Positions 9,580-20,591 are shown, counted from the stretch's first letter. The stretch: 64,000 nt of DNA from Candidatus Poribacteria bacterium (GCA_965218095.1 OZ244587.1:3040001-3104000); one strand, 5' to 3'. Translations and numbers: made by a program. The notes: generated from the sequence alone by a model not told the origin.

Positions 9580-12500
9580 ATGAAGTTACTCAAATTGCGG
9601 CTCAAGAATCTGAACAGTTTCCGGCAAGAGGTCAATCTCGATTTCGACAGTGCGCCGATGAACGAAACGTCGCTTCTGGCAATCACCGGGCCGACTGGAT
9701 CTGGCAAGACAACCCTGCTCGATGCGCTGTGTGTCGCCCTTTACAACAAGACGCCGCGCTTATCGGGTGTCGGCGCCCAGAATCCTGGGAACCTCTTGAG
9801 CCAGGGGAAAACAGAAGGATTTGCCGAAGTCTTTTTTGAAGCGGATGGAACCCGTTATCTCACCGAGTGGTCTGTCAAGCGAAACCGAAAAGGCGAACTC
9901 AAACAAGAGGCGAAGCTGATTAATACGGACACAGGAGTAGTGGTCACCGATCGACTGTCCTCGCGGAGTAGGTCTAACGACACCCATGAGATGTCTGTGA
10001 GTGGTGCCGTGCAGACAATCCTGGGGTTGGACTTTGACGCCTTCAGTCGTTCAGTGATGTTGGCGCAGGGACAGTTTGCCGCGTTTTTGAAAGCGAAGGC
10101 GGAGGAGCGGCGGACAATTCTGGAGGCGACAACTGGCATCGGAATGTATGATACCCTCAAAAAGACGCTAAACGAAAAGGTCAATGCTGTCAAGCGGGAA
10201 TATGAACAGGTAGAAGCGGCGTTCAACGCTATCCCCGCTACAAGTCAGGAAGAGATTCACCAGGTCCAGGTTCAGATTGGAGAATTGGACACCAAGTACC
10301 GCTCACTGCAACAGAAACGGCGGGAAATTATGGAGCAGAAAGATGCAGAATCTCAGCGGGCTCGAGCTTATAAGCAACTGACGGAAGCAGAAGAACGCCA
10401 AAGGAAACTCCTGAGTCAGAGGACTGAAATGGACGAGGTTCAGGCGGAACTTGATGCGGCTCGCCGTGCCGCCGATTTGCGCCTGGAGCGACAGACGTTT
10501 GACACAGAGAAAGAAGCGCTTCAAGCGGCAGAAACCACTCTTGCTGAAACACAGTGTGGGTTGAATGAAGCGCAAAGTGATTATGACGAAAGCCAAAAAA
10601 AGTTCATTGAGATCGAAGCGCAGTATCAATCGGCAGCGTTTGAACGCAGCGCCAAGATCCCAGCGTTTAACAGAGCCCGTGATAAAGAAATTCGAGCGCA
10701 AGCACAATTCGATGAAGCGGAGAAGCGAAAAGCGGAACTGCAAACGGTTGAAAAGGCAGTTGACCAACTCACGAGGCATTTAGGGTCACAACAGGAAGAC
10801 AAAGCGAAGTTGGAGGAACAGATCGAATTGGATCGAAGGTTCTTGGACGCGCACCCACTTCCAGCGGATAGCGATCAGTGCCTCGTTGACGCGAAGACGA
10901 TCCTTGTGACGCTTCACGGAGGAGCCAGTTCCCACCGTGAAAAGTCAAAGGCGCAGGAAGAACGGGGTTCGAAAAGTGTGCAGTTACGGCGCAAATCTGA
11001 AGATTTAGAGGGAGAACGGATTAAACTGCTTGAGAAAAAGGAGAGTGCCGATGCCGCTTTGATACAGGCAGAAGCTGAATTGAATGCGCTGTTAGCTGGA
11101 GGAGACGCGGATCACTGGGGACATCAGAAGGAGGACGCGCAACGGCTGCAACCAATAGCACGGGAATACGAGGACGCCGTGCGTCGCCGCCGCGCAGCAC
11201 AGGAAAAATTAGATCCGGTGCGTGAAGCCCTCAATTCAGCGGAAGTCGAGTTTGCCGATCTCAGTCAGACGTTGGAATCGCAAACGAAAGACGTTGCGCT
11301 TGCAGAGGAGAAGGTGAAGCGGTATGAAGCCGAGGAAAAATACGCGCTGATGGCGAATCATGTGATTGCTTTGCGGGAAGATCTGCAGGCCGGTCAGCCA
11401 TGTCTGGTATGCGGGGCGACGGAGCATCCGTGGACAGAGAAGGAGGAGCTGGAAGGCGAAAAACAGATCGAATTGGCTCAACGAAATCTCGCCGAAGCCA
11501 AGGCAGCGTTGCAAATCCATCAAAATCATCTCAGCGATTTGCAAGGGAAGAGTGCGCGTGCAGAGGTCAATAACGCGAATTTGGAACGTCGGCTCAATGA
11601 CCTGCGCGAGACCATTGAAGCGCTGGAGGGAGACATTGCATCCACCCAGGCGAAGTGGCAGGAGATTTCTCCGGACACTGAGATTTCATCGCAAATGACC
11701 CAGGAGATGATTAACGAGGCCGACGCATATATCCAAAACCTTCATAAAGCGAAGACCGCATATACAGATGCATCGCACCAGGGTAAACTCATTGAGCAGC
11801 GCCTAAATAGCCATGATCGAGAAATTCAATCTGTAAAGGCGAACTTAGCGGAGATCGAAGGGCAGCGGCAGGAAATCGATAGCGATCTGGCCGCCTTAAA
11901 TCGTGAAATCGAAGAAATGGAGGCGCAATTCTGGGAGACATTACCCGATGGCTTTCATGGAGAAAAACCGGGCGACGCACTTGAGCAATTTGAAGAACAG
12001 ATCAACGCTGTCAGGGCGTGCGAAAAGCGTCGGAATGACAAGATGTCTCTACTGCATCAACTCAGCGACGGAATTGAGAGCAACCTCAACCAACTGGAAT
12101 CTGAGGGGCGTCGAAAAGCAGAAGTTGAAGCAAAAATTGCCCGTTATCAAGCAGAAGGTAACAGGTTGTTCACCTCTGCGCATGAGAAAACGGGCGGACT
12201 TACAGCGGACGAAGCGATACAGAAGCTAGAGCGGGATTTGCAGGACAAAACCGAGGGTCGGGAACTCACGCAGCGTACCTTTCATGAAACGCGAAACCTG
12301 TTGACGCAGGCACAGTCTAAATTAGACAATGCAAATTCACACTTTGATGTGTGCCGTCAAAAGTTCAGTGCAGCGCAGCGCGCCTACTTAGACGCCCTGG
12401 AAAATGCAGGATTTGTTTCGCCAGAGGAACATGAGCGGGCGTTTCGCGATGAATCGTGGCTGGCAGCCAATGAAGCGGGGATGCAACAGTATCAGAGAGA

Positions 12501-13221
12501 CCTGTACGCAACGGAGTCGGAGGTTGCAGTACATCGAGCAATCTTCGTCGATTCGCTGTTCGATCCGGAGGCGATGAATCGACTTCAGGATGCCGAACAG
12601 GAGATCGATGATCAGATCGATTCAATCACTCAGGAAATTGGCGGGTTGCGAGAGAAGCAGCAAAAGTTACAGGCAGAGCTCAAGCAGCGCGAAGCGCGAG
12701 GGCATGTGTTAGAGAAAGTGCGTCGGGAGAAAGAGAGCTGGGAACGTCTGCAGGAATGCATCCCCGAAAACAGTTTGCGTGATTTCGCATTAGAGCGCAT
12801 GTTTGACCTGATGATTCGTTTGGCGAACAAGCAGTTGGACGATCTGACCCACCGTTACGAACTGAAGGTGAAGGGCATGCGGGACATGGTTGTGATTGAC
12901 AAGTGGAATGCGAACGAAGAGCGACCTGTCGAAACGCTGTCAGGTGGGGAGTCGTTCTTGACAAGCCTTGCGCTCGCGCTTGCGCTTTCGGAAATGAGCC
13001 GGGGGCGCACCCAACTCAACTCACTTTTCCTCGATGAAGGGTTCGGCACTCTTGATAGCCAAACGCTCGATATTGCGATTTCCGCGCTGGAAGGATTGCG
13101 GTTTTCGGGCAAAAGCGTTTTTGTCATCAGCCACGTCGAAGAACTAACGCGACGTATTCCTGTCCGGATTGCCGTCGAAAAAACGGGCAATGGGAGTTCA
13201 CAAGTTAAGATACAACAGTGA
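9580..13221 (+). CDS. sbcC: Exonuclease SbcCD subunit C (SMC/Rad50-like ATPase)
   Basis: LKNLNSF, Walker A GPTGSGKT, long coiled coil with CLVC zinc hook, LSGGE signature, LDEGFGTLD; ATG at 9580 preferred over TTG 9541. Confidence 0.95.
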   Translation: MKLLKLRLKNLNSFRQEVNLDFDSAPMNETSLLAITGPTGSGKTTLLDALCVALYNKTPRLSGVGAQNPGNLLSQGKTEGFAEVFFEADGTRYLTEWSVKRNRKGELKQEAKLINTDTGVVVTDRLSSRSRSNDTHEMSVSGAVQTILGLDFDAFSRSVMLAQGQFAAFLKAKAEERRTILEATTGIGMYDTLKKTLNEKVNAVKREYEQVEAAFNAIPATSQEEIHQVQVQIGELDTKYRSLQQKRREIMEQKDAESQRARAYKQLTEAEERQRKLLSQRTEMDEVQAELDAARRAADLRLERQTFDTEKEALQAAETTLAETQCGLNEAQSDYDESQKKFIEIEAQYQSAAFERSAKIPAFNRARDKEIRAQAQFDEAEKRKAELQTVEKAVDQLTRHLGSQQEDKAKLEEQIELDRRFLDAHPLPADSDQCLVDAKTILVTLHGGASSHREKSKAQEERGSKSVQLRRKSEDLEGERIKLLEKKESADAALIQAEAELNALLAGGDADHWGHQKEDAQRLQPIAREYEDAVRRRRAAQEKLDPVREALNSAEVEFADLSQTLESQTKDVALAEEKVKRYEAEEKYALMANHVIALREDLQAGQPCLVCGATEHPWTEKEELEGEKQIELAQRNLAEAKAALQIHQNHLSDLQGKSARAEVNNANLERRLNDLRETIEALEGDIASTQAKWQEISPDTEISSQMTQEMINEADAYIQNLHKAKTAYTDASHQGKLIEQRLNSHDREIQSVKANLAEIEGQRQEIDSDLAALNREIEEMEAQFWETLPDGFHGEKPGDALEQFEEQINAVRACEKRRNDKMSLLHQLSDGIESNLNQLESEGRRKAEVEAKIARYQAEGNRLFTSAHEKTGGLTADEAIQKLERDLQDKTEGRELTQRTFHETRNLLTQAQSKLDNANSHFDVCRQKFSAAQRAYLDALENAGFVSPEEHERAFRDESWLAANEAGMQQYQRDLYATESEVAVHRAIFVDSLFDPEAMNRLQDAEQEIDDQIDSITQEIGGLREKQQKLQAELKQREARGHVLEKVRREKESWERLQECIPENSLRDFALERMFDLMIRLANKQLDDLTHRYELKVKGMRDMVVIDKWNANEERPVETLSGGESFLTSLALALALSEMSRGRTQLNSLFLDEGFGTLDSQTLDIAISALEGLRFSGKSVFVISHVEELTRRIPVRIAVEKTGNGSSQVKIQQ

Positions 13222-13236
13222 CGCAGGCCTGACCGG

Positions 13237-13926
13237 ATGAGCGAGCGAATCAAACCACATACCTTTTTAATCATGGCGATGAGTCTTGACGGCAAGATTT
13301 CCACACGCGATGGTGCAGGCCCTCGATTTGCCAGCAAGGCGGATCAGACCAGGCTCCGCGAGATTCGGACGCAAGCCGACGCAATCCTTGTCGGGGCGGG
13401 AACAATTATCGCCGACGATCCGACATTTACTGAGCGTGGAAGGTACAGAGAGTTACGGCTTCAACGGAGCCTGACGCCTAACCCGATCAAGGCGGTTGTC
13501 AGTGGAAGTGGAAGCGTCCCCGAAACCGCAAGAATGTTCAAGCCAAATGACGCGCCGGCATTGGTTTTTACAACAGAGCGAATCCCCCGCGCCCGGTTAG
13601 AGCGATTACGACAAGTCGCTGAAGTCCACCTCGTTGGCGAAACAGAAGTTGATTTTCTGCGTGTCATTGAGATTCTGAGGGAGGCGTATGGAGTCAAACA
13701 ACTGCTAATCGAGGGAGGCGGTCAGGTGAATTTCGACCTGTTTCGCGCTGGGTTAATTGATGAGGTGTATCTCACTTTGTGCCCGAAAATCATTGGCGGA
13801 CGAGATGTGCCGACAATTGTTAAGGGAGATGGATTCGATTTTCTCAAGATGGTTGACCTAGAGCTACTAGACCACCGCGTTATTGAGAACGAGATCTTTC
13901 TGCATTATCGCGTTCGCGGGGGTTGA
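13237..13926 (+). CDS. RibD C-terminal domain reductase (DHFR-like)
   Basis: AMSLDGKI, DAILVGAGTIIADDP, LLIEGGG, GLIDEVYLTLCPKIIGG. Confidence 0.88.
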   Translation: MSERIKPHTFLIMAMSLDGKISTRDGAGPRFASKADQTRLREIRTQADAILVGAGTIIADDPTFTERGRYRELRLQRSLTPNPIKAVVSGSGSVPETARMFKPNDAPALVFTTERIPRARLERLRQVAEVHLVGETEVDFLRVIEILREAYGVKQLLIEGGGQVNFDLFRAGLIDEVYLTLCPKIIGGRDVPTIVKGDGFDFLKMVDLELLDHRVIENEIFLHYRVRGG

Positions 13927-14151
13927 AGTTTCTGTACAGGAGGAGAAATCCCAATGAGATATGTTTGCAAAATCTGTGAAGTATGCCTATTCTACCAGCG
14001 ATAATGGCGACTTCTGAAACATCATCGAATCACCACCTAACAAAATTTACTTGGAAAGCAGGCGAAATTCTGTTAAAATTACAGACTAGGTTCGGTATCC
14101 GCGAAAGATAAAGACAACCACACAAACCAAAAAGGTAGGGACAATAGCGTA

Positions 14152-15162
14152 TTGCAAAACCGAGAATCCTTGAAAATACCAATACAAAGCAACACGGAAG
14201 CGCAGGCACTTTTAGGGCAAGCAGATGTTTTCCTGAAGATTGTTGAAGAGAACTTTAACGTTAAAGTTCTCTTAAAAAGTGAAGGCTTGGAAGTTATTGG
14301 CGAGAACTTTGACGACGTTCACCGTGTTGCGAGAACATTTGAATCCTTACTCCACCTGATTCGAGGTGGGCAGTCCATCAATGCGAACGATGTCAAATAT
14401 GCGATTCGGATTTCCAAAGGCAATAAGCCTGTTCAGTTGGAAAAAGCAATCGGTGAATCAATCTCGGTATTTTCCAAACGTGGTGTCGTGCGTCCGAAAA
14501 CCCCCGGTCAGAAACGCTATGTGGAAGCAATAAAAACGCATGACCTTGTATTTGGGATTGGTCCCGCAGGAACCGGAAAAACCTACCTCGCAATGGCAAT
14601 GGCGGTTTCCGCCTTGAAAAGTGGACAAGTGGGCCGAATCATTCTGACCCGTCCCGCGGTGGAAGCCGGCGAAAGGCTCGGTTTTTTGCCCGGTGATATT
14701 GAAGCCAAAATTAACCCCTATCTGCGTCCTTTATATGATGCCCTTTACGATATGATCCCTCCAGAATCCCTTGAACGTTATGTGGAGCGTAATGTGATCG
14801 AAGTCGCTCCGATTGCCTTTATGCGCGGACGCACACTGAATAACTCGTTTGTTGTCCTTGATGAGGCGCAAAACGCAACGATTGAACAGATGAAGATGTT
14901 CCTCACACGGCTTGGATTTGACTCCAAGGCCGTGATCACTGGAGACATCACCCAGACTGACTTACCATCCGATACGACGTCGGGGCTTGTGGATGCCCGG
15001 TCCATTCTTTCTGACGTTAAAGAGATCGCGTTCATTTACTTTTCAAGGGAAGATGTTGTGCGACATGAGCTTGTGCAACGGATTATTGAAGCCTATGAGG
15101 AGCGAGACACCCATCAATCTAGAAAGACGAAGAGTTCCAACTCAAGTAAACAACAGACTTAG
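14152..15162 (+). CDS. phoH: PhoH-like ATPase
   Basis: GPAGTGKTYLA, RPAVEAGERLGFLPGD, FMRGRTL, DEAQN, GDITQTDLP. Confidence 0.95.
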   Translation: MQNRESLKIPIQSNTEAQALLGQADVFLKIVEENFNVKVLLKSEGLEVIGENFDDVHRVARTFESLLHLIRGGQSINANDVKYAIRISKGNKPVQLEKAIGESISVFSKRGVVRPKTPGQKRYVEAIKTHDLVFGIGPAGTGKTYLAMAMAVSALKSGQVGRIILTRPAVEAGERLGFLPGDIEAKINPYLRPLYDALYDMIPPESLERYVERNVIEVAPIAFMRGRTLNNSFVVLDEAQNATIEQMKMFLTRLGFDSKAVITGDITQTDLPSDTTSGLVDARSILSDVKEIAFIYFSREDVVRHELVQRIIEAYEERDTHQSRKTKSSNSSKQQT

Positions 15163-15532
15163 AGCCTATCTAAAATGTTCTAAAGTGTTCTAAAGTGTTC
15201 TAAAGTTGAAAAACAAGATGCACTTTCTCCCTATCTTCTCTGATAAATCAGAAAGTGGGAAAGGGAGAAAGTGAGATTTAATCTTCTTCTCACTTTCACA
15301 CCTTCACACTTTTCCCCTTGTGCGTTGACTCACCTTAATGGGTGGTCTTAATTTTGGGGAGTATTATACACTTTAGCATACTTGTCCAAACTTTACTCGC
15401 ACAGACCCTCAAAAAATTCCCGCTAAACTTTGCCATCTGCCGACATCATTTTTTTATTGCATTGTCCTAACAGCCCATTTGCTCACCCCAAGCGTGAGTT
15501 AGAATAGCCCATCGTGAAGGCGATGTCTGCCA

Positions 15533-15958
15533 ATGATTCTCATTAGCAATAAATCTCAAAATATCGATTTTGATGAAGCAATCATCTATAATGCTACGTT
15601 GGCTACGTTAAAAGTACACGATTCGGTGGATTGCGAAGTGAGTATCCTCCTGACAGATGACGCTGAGATTCAAGCGCTCAATTGTCAATACCGCGGTATC
15701 AATACGCCGACTGATGTGTTAGCCTTTGCGATGCGAGAAGGCATCGGTGAGGCGCTGAACCCCCAACTGCTTGGCGATTTGGTTATCTCTGTCCCGACCG
15801 CCCAACGTCAATCAAGCGTCCATGAGCATCCACTCGGTATGGAGCTTGCCTTACTGGCTGTACACGGTACACTTCATCTTCTCGGTTATGAGCACCAAAC
15901 CCTAGAGGAAGCTGAAATCATGTTCGAGAAACAAGAAGCGGCGCTTCGCCTGATTTAA
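15533..15958 (+). CDS. ybeY: rRNA maturation endoribonuclease YbeY
   Basis: LNCQYRG...PTDVLAF, LGDLVIS, HGTLHLLGYEH. Confidence 0.93.
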   Translation: MILISNKSQNIDFDEAIIYNATLATLKVHDSVDCEVSILLTDDAEIQALNCQYRGINTPTDVLAFAMREGIGEALNPQLLGDLVISVPTAQRQSSVHEHPLGMELALLAVHGTLHLLGYEHQTLEEAEIMFEKQEAALRLI

Positions 15959-16003
15959 CGTTTCGCAAAGTCTCTTCTGGCTCACAGGTAGCATCTCGGG
16001 AGT

Positions 16004-17302
16004 GTGATCCCACGTTTGGACAATATAGAGATTATTAAACTGGTTAGCTTGGTTGTTTTGTCAATCCTCACAGGGTTGTTTTCCGCTGTGGAGGTGCTGC
16101 TCAACCGACTGACCCGGCATGAAATTCTGAATATAGCGGAAGCGGGGGGCACACAGCATGAGATTTTGACCTCTCTACTGCGCTACCCACAGAGATCTTC
16201 TGCGACGATTATCGTTGCCAAGAGCGTATTAATCGTCTGTATTGTCGTTTTGCTGCTCTCCTTGTTCGATTTCGATTCTCTGAGAGATTGGATGATTAGT
16301 GCCCTCCTTGCAATCCTCCTCATTGTCGTTGTGACTGAGCTCATCCCCAAAAATTATGTACAGGGCAGATCTGAAAACTCAACAATCTCCGCCCTCCGTT
16401 TTCTGCGAATTGTCTATTGGGTCCTATATCCCCTTATCAAATCGTTGTCCCTGCTTGGATATCTTGGCGTTCGGATTTTGGGGGGAAAAGTCCGATCTGA
16501 ACAAGATAGCAATATATCACCGGAAGACCTTGAAGCATTGGCCAACGTCGGTGATAGCCAAGAGATTTTAGAAGAGGAAGAGCGAGAAATGATCTCCCGC
16601 ATCCTCGACCTTCCCGATAAAGTTGCCCGCGAGATTATGATTCCCCGAACCGATATGGCCTGCCTCGATGTTTCTGCTCCAAAAGAGGTCGTTCTCAAAA
16701 CAGCAATTGAGTCACGGCATTCGCGCATTCCAGTGTATGAAGAGCAAATCGATCGCATCATCGGCATCCTCCATGTGAAGGATCTGTTAGATTATTGGGC
16801 TGAAGGCAAGTCCCTCGATCTGAGGTCGCTTATCGCAGATCGTACCCCTTTTTTCACGCCAGAGAGCAAAAAAATATCGGACCTCTTCCAAGAGCTACGG
16901 GCAAATAAGCAGCACATGGCGATCGTTGTTGATGAGTACGGAGGCACAGCGGGAATCGTTACACTGGAAGATATTATTGAGGAGATTGTTGGCGAAATTC
17001 AGGATGAGTATGATTTTGATGAACAAGAGGAGTGGATTGCCCTCGAGGAAAATGTCTATTCGATTGATGCACGGATGAGTCTTATTGATTTCAATGAACG
17101 GCTCGGCACACAGATTGAATCAGAAAATGTAGACACTATCGGTGGATTTATATTCGATTATCTTGGAAAAGTTCCCGAGCAGGACAGCCAATTCTCTTAC
17201 CACGGTTTGGAGTTCACGATAGTAGAAGCAGATGAACGTCGGATTCATCGCATCCGGATTCAGACTCCCGCGGATACAAACAGTGAATCATCTCAGGCTT
17301 AA
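16004..17302 (+). CDS. HlyC/CorC (CNNM) family membrane protein with CBS domains
   Basis: N-terminal TM segments with ELIPK, IMIPRTD, HSRIPVY, VVDEYGGTAGIVTLEDIIEEIVGEI. Confidence 0.92.
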   Translation: MIPRLDNIEIIKLVSLVVLSILTGLFSAVEVLLNRLTRHEILNIAEAGGTQHEILTSLLRYPQRSSATIIVAKSVLIVCIVVLLLSLFDFDSLRDWMISALLAILLIVVVTELIPKNYVQGRSENSTISALRFLRIVYWVLYPLIKSLSLLGYLGVRILGGKVRSEQDSNISPEDLEALANVGDSQEILEEEEREMISRILDLPDKVAREIMIPRTDMACLDVSAPKEVVLKTAIESRHSRIPVYEEQIDRIIGILHVKDLLDYWAEGKSLDLRSLIADRTPFFTPESKKISDLFQELRANKQHMAIVVDEYGGTAGIVTLEDIIEEIVGEIQDEYDFDEQEEWIALEENVYSIDARMSLIDFNERLGTQIESENVDTIGGFIFDYLGKVPEQDSQFSYHGLEFTIVEADERRIHRIRIQTPADTNSESSQA

Positions 17303-17461
17303 CTTGCTAATGTCGCCCGCTTATTCAGGATTTTCAGGATGGAAGGATTAACAGGATTTTTGTCGGCTTTGTTGATTTGATGACAAGTGGCGGAGATTCG
17401 ATGGATAAAGGCTTCTGGACGGTTTTGCCAATTTGTTTTCAGAAGTGAAGAGGGAGACAAA

Positions 17462-18931
17462 ATGAAGATACGATTTCGTAGGGGCGTGGTTACCGCGCCC
17501 GTACTCGCGATGTGCTTGGGGCTTATCTGGTTCTGGGGGATGGCGGTGGCAGCGGCAGAGACGCCTCAGCAGATTGCGAAACGTGCGTTGGATGTGACGG
17601 TGCTCTTGGTTATGGCGGATGCGAATGGGCAGCCGCTTGGGGTGGGGAGCGGTTTCTTTGTGCGAACCAACCAAATCGCGACCAACTTCCACGTGATTGA
17701 GGGTGCAGCACGAGGCGCCGCAAAGCGCGTGGGTCAGAAAATGGAGTACACCATCGAAGGCTTCACCGCGCTGGATGAAAAACACGATTTGGCGATTTTA
17801 CAGGTGTCGGTTTCTGGTGTCCAGCCGCTTCCCCTCGGCGACAGCGACGCGGTTGAGATTGGGGATACGGTTTATGTCGCAGGCAACCCGAAGGGATATT
17901 TGGAGGGGACATTCTCGGATGGCATTATCAGTGGGATTCGAGGGGATTCGACCGACAAACGGCTCCAGATGACGGCGCCGATTTCTCCGGGGAGCAGTGG
18001 CGGGCCCGTGCTAAACGGGGTGGGTGAGGTGATAGGCGTTTCTGTGATGACGATTGAAGGTGGTCAGAATCTCAATTTCGCCATCCCTTCCAACGATCTC
18101 AAGGCACTCGTCGCTCGATTGGTGCCCGCGAAACCGTTGTCGAAAGGGAAACAATCGATATCTGCCGATACCTACTTCATTCGAGGCTATGTAAACGGCG
18201 AGCTAGGTGACTATAAGGGTGCCATCGCAGCCTATACTCAGGCAATCCGCCTCAAACCCGATTATGCCGTTGCCTACATCGGTCGGGGCTTGGCGAAGGC
18301 TAGGTTAGGACAATACGTCGCCGCTATCTCCGACTATGATACCACTATCCGTCTCAAACCCGATTATGTCGATGCCTACAACAATCGGGGATTGGCGAAG
18401 AACAATCTAGGTCAACACTTCGCCGCTATCACCGACTATGACACCGCTATCCGTCTCAAACCCGATTATGCCGAAGCCTACTACAATCGGGGCTTGGCGA
18501 AGGCTAAGTTAGGCCAACACTTTGCCGCTATCGCCGACTTTGACACCGCTATCCGCCTCAAACCCGATGATGCCAAAGCCTACTACAATCGGGGCTGGAT
18601 GAAGGCTAAGTTAGGCCAACACGTCGCCGCTATCGCTGATTATGACACCGCTATACGACTCGAACCCGATGATGCCAATGCCTACGGCAATCGGGGCTTG
18701 GCGAAGGTGCCCTTAGGACAATACGTCGCCGCCATTGCAGATTGTGACACCGCTATCCGCCTCAAACCCGATGATGCCAATGCCTACTGCGGTCGGGGCT
18801 TGGCGAAGTACTGTCTGGGTCGCACCTGGGAGGCGAAGCGGGATTTCCAAACGGCGTTGAGACTCGCGGAACGGGCGGGGGATGAGGGGCTCAAAGCCAG
18901 AATTGAGTCTACGATTCGAGACTTCTACTAA
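17462..18931 (+). CDS. Secreted trypsin-like serine protease with C-terminal TPR repeats
   Basis: Signal peptide; triad motifs TNFHVI, HDLAIL, PGSSGGP; about seven 34-aa repeats of type AYYNRGLAKAKLGQHFAAIADFDTAIRLKPD. Confidence 0.9.
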   Translation: MKIRFRRGVVTAPVLAMCLGLIWFWGMAVAAAETPQQIAKRALDVTVLLVMADANGQPLGVGSGFFVRTNQIATNFHVIEGAARGAAKRVGQKMEYTIEGFTALDEKHDLAILQVSVSGVQPLPLGDSDAVEIGDTVYVAGNPKGYLEGTFSDGIISGIRGDSTDKRLQMTAPISPGSSGGPVLNGVGEVIGVSVMTIEGGQNLNFAIPSNDLKALVARLVPAKPLSKGKQSISADTYFIRGYVNGELGDYKGAIAAYTQAIRLKPDYAVAYIGRGLAKARLGQYVAAISDYDTTIRLKPDYVDAYNNRGLAKNNLGQHFAAITDYDTAIRLKPDYAEAYYNRGLAKAKLGQHFAAIADFDTAIRLKPDDAKAYYNRGWMKAKLGQHVAAIADYDTAIRLEPDDANAYGNRGLAKVPLGQYVAAIADCDTAIRLKPDDANAYCGRGLAKYCLGRTWEAKRDFQTALRLAERAGDEGLKARIESTIRDFY

Positions 18932-18945
18932 AGGAAAGGGGGATC

Positions 18946-20304
18946 ATGGTGAGAAGGCAGGGGCGGGAGATTCGGCGGTTGCCGTCGTTTGGTGTTCGGT
19001 ATCATGTACGGCGGACGATGCGTCGACGTCAAAGGCGGGCGGCGTTGCTAATCGCGCTGATTTTGCATCTGATTGGGGCGTTTTTTCTGATCCAGCAGAT
19101 TCGGCAGGAGATTGTGGATGATGATGCAATCTATGTGGAGTGGGTTGAAATGCCGAAGGAGAAGCGGCCAGTGGTGAAGCGACAAATTGTGAGGTCAGTG
19201 GAGGCGCCTGCTACGACGGAGTCGGTGTTCCGACGGGCGAGCACGGTCGCGTCGGTGCGAGTGGAGAGAGACCTGTCTGCGCCGCCGCCGTTGGCGGTGA
19301 ATGCGTTGGAGAATCTACCCGTGGTCACGGATAAGAGTGACCTGACAGGCGGGCAAGCGGAAGCATCATCTGATGTGCAAGGTGGCACAGAGGCAACGCG
19401 CACAGACGGGTCAGGTTCGGAGCGGACTATCCGTCCGTCTGGGCAGGGGAGTGGGTTCGATGCGTTTCGGAAAGAGGACAGTGGGGCGAATGAATCATCG
19501 CCGACGATGGTCGAACATGATCTATCGACGCGTGTCGATGAGGCGGTGTTAGGCGGAGTGCTTGAGGGGACCGCGCAGGAGCCGCGTGGGCATATTCGCT
19601 TGATTCGGCTGAAACATTCGCTTTCCGATTGGTGGCAGGACCCGACAGCGATCCCTTCGTTTGCGAAGTGGTTGCGGGAGAATACGCAGCTACGAGCAGA
19701 TATGACATTTGCGGGGGGGAGTCTCCGGTTGACAGATAATCGGATACATCAAGCGCCACTGGTGATTATGACAGGGCATGATAAGGATATCACCGTAGGG
19801 CGTGCACTGAGTCGGGGTGGGCCACTGTCAGAGGGGTTTACTGCGACGGAACGGATGGCGTTGCGGAAGTATATCATTGAACGGGGGGGGATGCTATTCT
19901 TCGATGACTGCGGGTTTAATGGCTTGTTTGCAGCGACCATCGCTAATGAGCTACGCCTGACTTTTCCTGAGTATCCGTTGACAAGTATTCCGCATACGCA
20001 TGAGCTTTATACGATCTATTATCAGTTACCTCGACCGCCGACGGGGGGAGATGTGTTCTGGCATTCTGAGAATAAGGCGCAACAGTCTAAATATAAGTAT
20101 CAGAAAGGTATCACCATCGGGCGACGGCTTCGGGTCGTCTATAATCGGAAAGATTATCTCTGTGCAATGGAGACAGCGGAAATTGAGAGTCGGACAATGT
20201 TGCGGATGCGTCGGTCGACAGATGTGCATCGGTTTATGACGAATCTGCTGATTTATACGATGCGGTATGGGGGGAATACGGATCGGTCGGGATATAAGCC
20301 GTAG
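18946..20304 (+). CDS. Membrane-anchored DUF4159-like protein
   Basis: N-terminal TM (LIALILHLIGAF), low-complexity linker, DWWQDPTA, PLVIMTGH, LRKYIIERGGMLFFDDC. Confidence 0.7.
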   Translation: MVRRQGREIRRLPSFGVRYHVRRTMRRRQRRAALLIALILHLIGAFFLIQQIRQEIVDDDAIYVEWVEMPKEKRPVVKRQIVRSVEAPATTESVFRRASTVASVRVERDLSAPPPLAVNALENLPVVTDKSDLTGGQAEASSDVQGGTEATRTDGSGSERTIRPSGQGSGFDAFRKEDSGANESSPTMVEHDLSTRVDEAVLGGVLEGTAQEPRGHIRLIRLKHSLSDWWQDPTAIPSFAKWLRENTQLRADMTFAGGSLRLTDNRIHQAPLVIMTGHDKDITVGRALSRGGPLSEGFTATERMALRKYIIERGGMLFFDDCGFNGLFAATIANELRLTFPEYPLTSIPHTHELYTIYYQLPRPPTGGDVFWHSENKAQQSKYKYQKGITIGRRLRVVYNRKDYLCAMETAEIESRTMLRMRRSTDVHRFMTNLLIYTMRYGGNTDRSGYKP

Positions 20305-20432
20305 GGGGGGAAGTTGTCTGAATCAGGATTTTAGGATTAACAGGATTAAAGAACAAGCGGGGGGATCTCGCCCAAACGGATAAGGAGAGTATCAATCGAA
20401 ACCGCAAAGCGAGAAAAAAGAGGAAAGGAGGC

Positions 20433-20461
20433 TTGACAGATTCTTCCACGTATGATAAAAT
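20433..20461 (+). promoter_or_regulatory. Sigma70 promoter for the tRNA-like/GIY-YIG/tRNA-Pro cluster
   Basis: TTGACA-17nt-TAAAAT with extended -10 TG. Confidence 0.75.
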
Positions 20462-20493
20462 CACAAATACGAATGCCTGATTATTGGCACAGT

Positions 20494-20567
20494 CGGGGCG
20501 TAGCGCAGTCCGGTTAGCGCGTTCCGATGGCTCGGAAAGGTCGAAGATTCAAATCCTCTCGCCCTGA
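20494..20567 (+). ncRNA. tRNA-Pro-like copy with anticodon arm replaced by TTCCGA-TGGC-TCGGAA hairpin
   Basis: First 28 nt identical to tRNA-Pro at 20839; 3' part differs at 3 positions; anticodon arm unrelated. Confidence 0.75.
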
Positions 20568-20591
20568 TAGATTCACTTGGATCAATATTTG

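Noticed and set aside
8165-13221. SMC-based defence system (Wadjet/Lamassu)
   Set aside because: Motifs and gene order are those of ordinary SbcDC; no accessory effector genes are adjacent.
18160-18870. CRISPR array or DGR template/variable repeats
   Set aside because: The 102-nt units are in-frame TPR repeats without spacers; no cas or reverse transcriptase gene is in the window.
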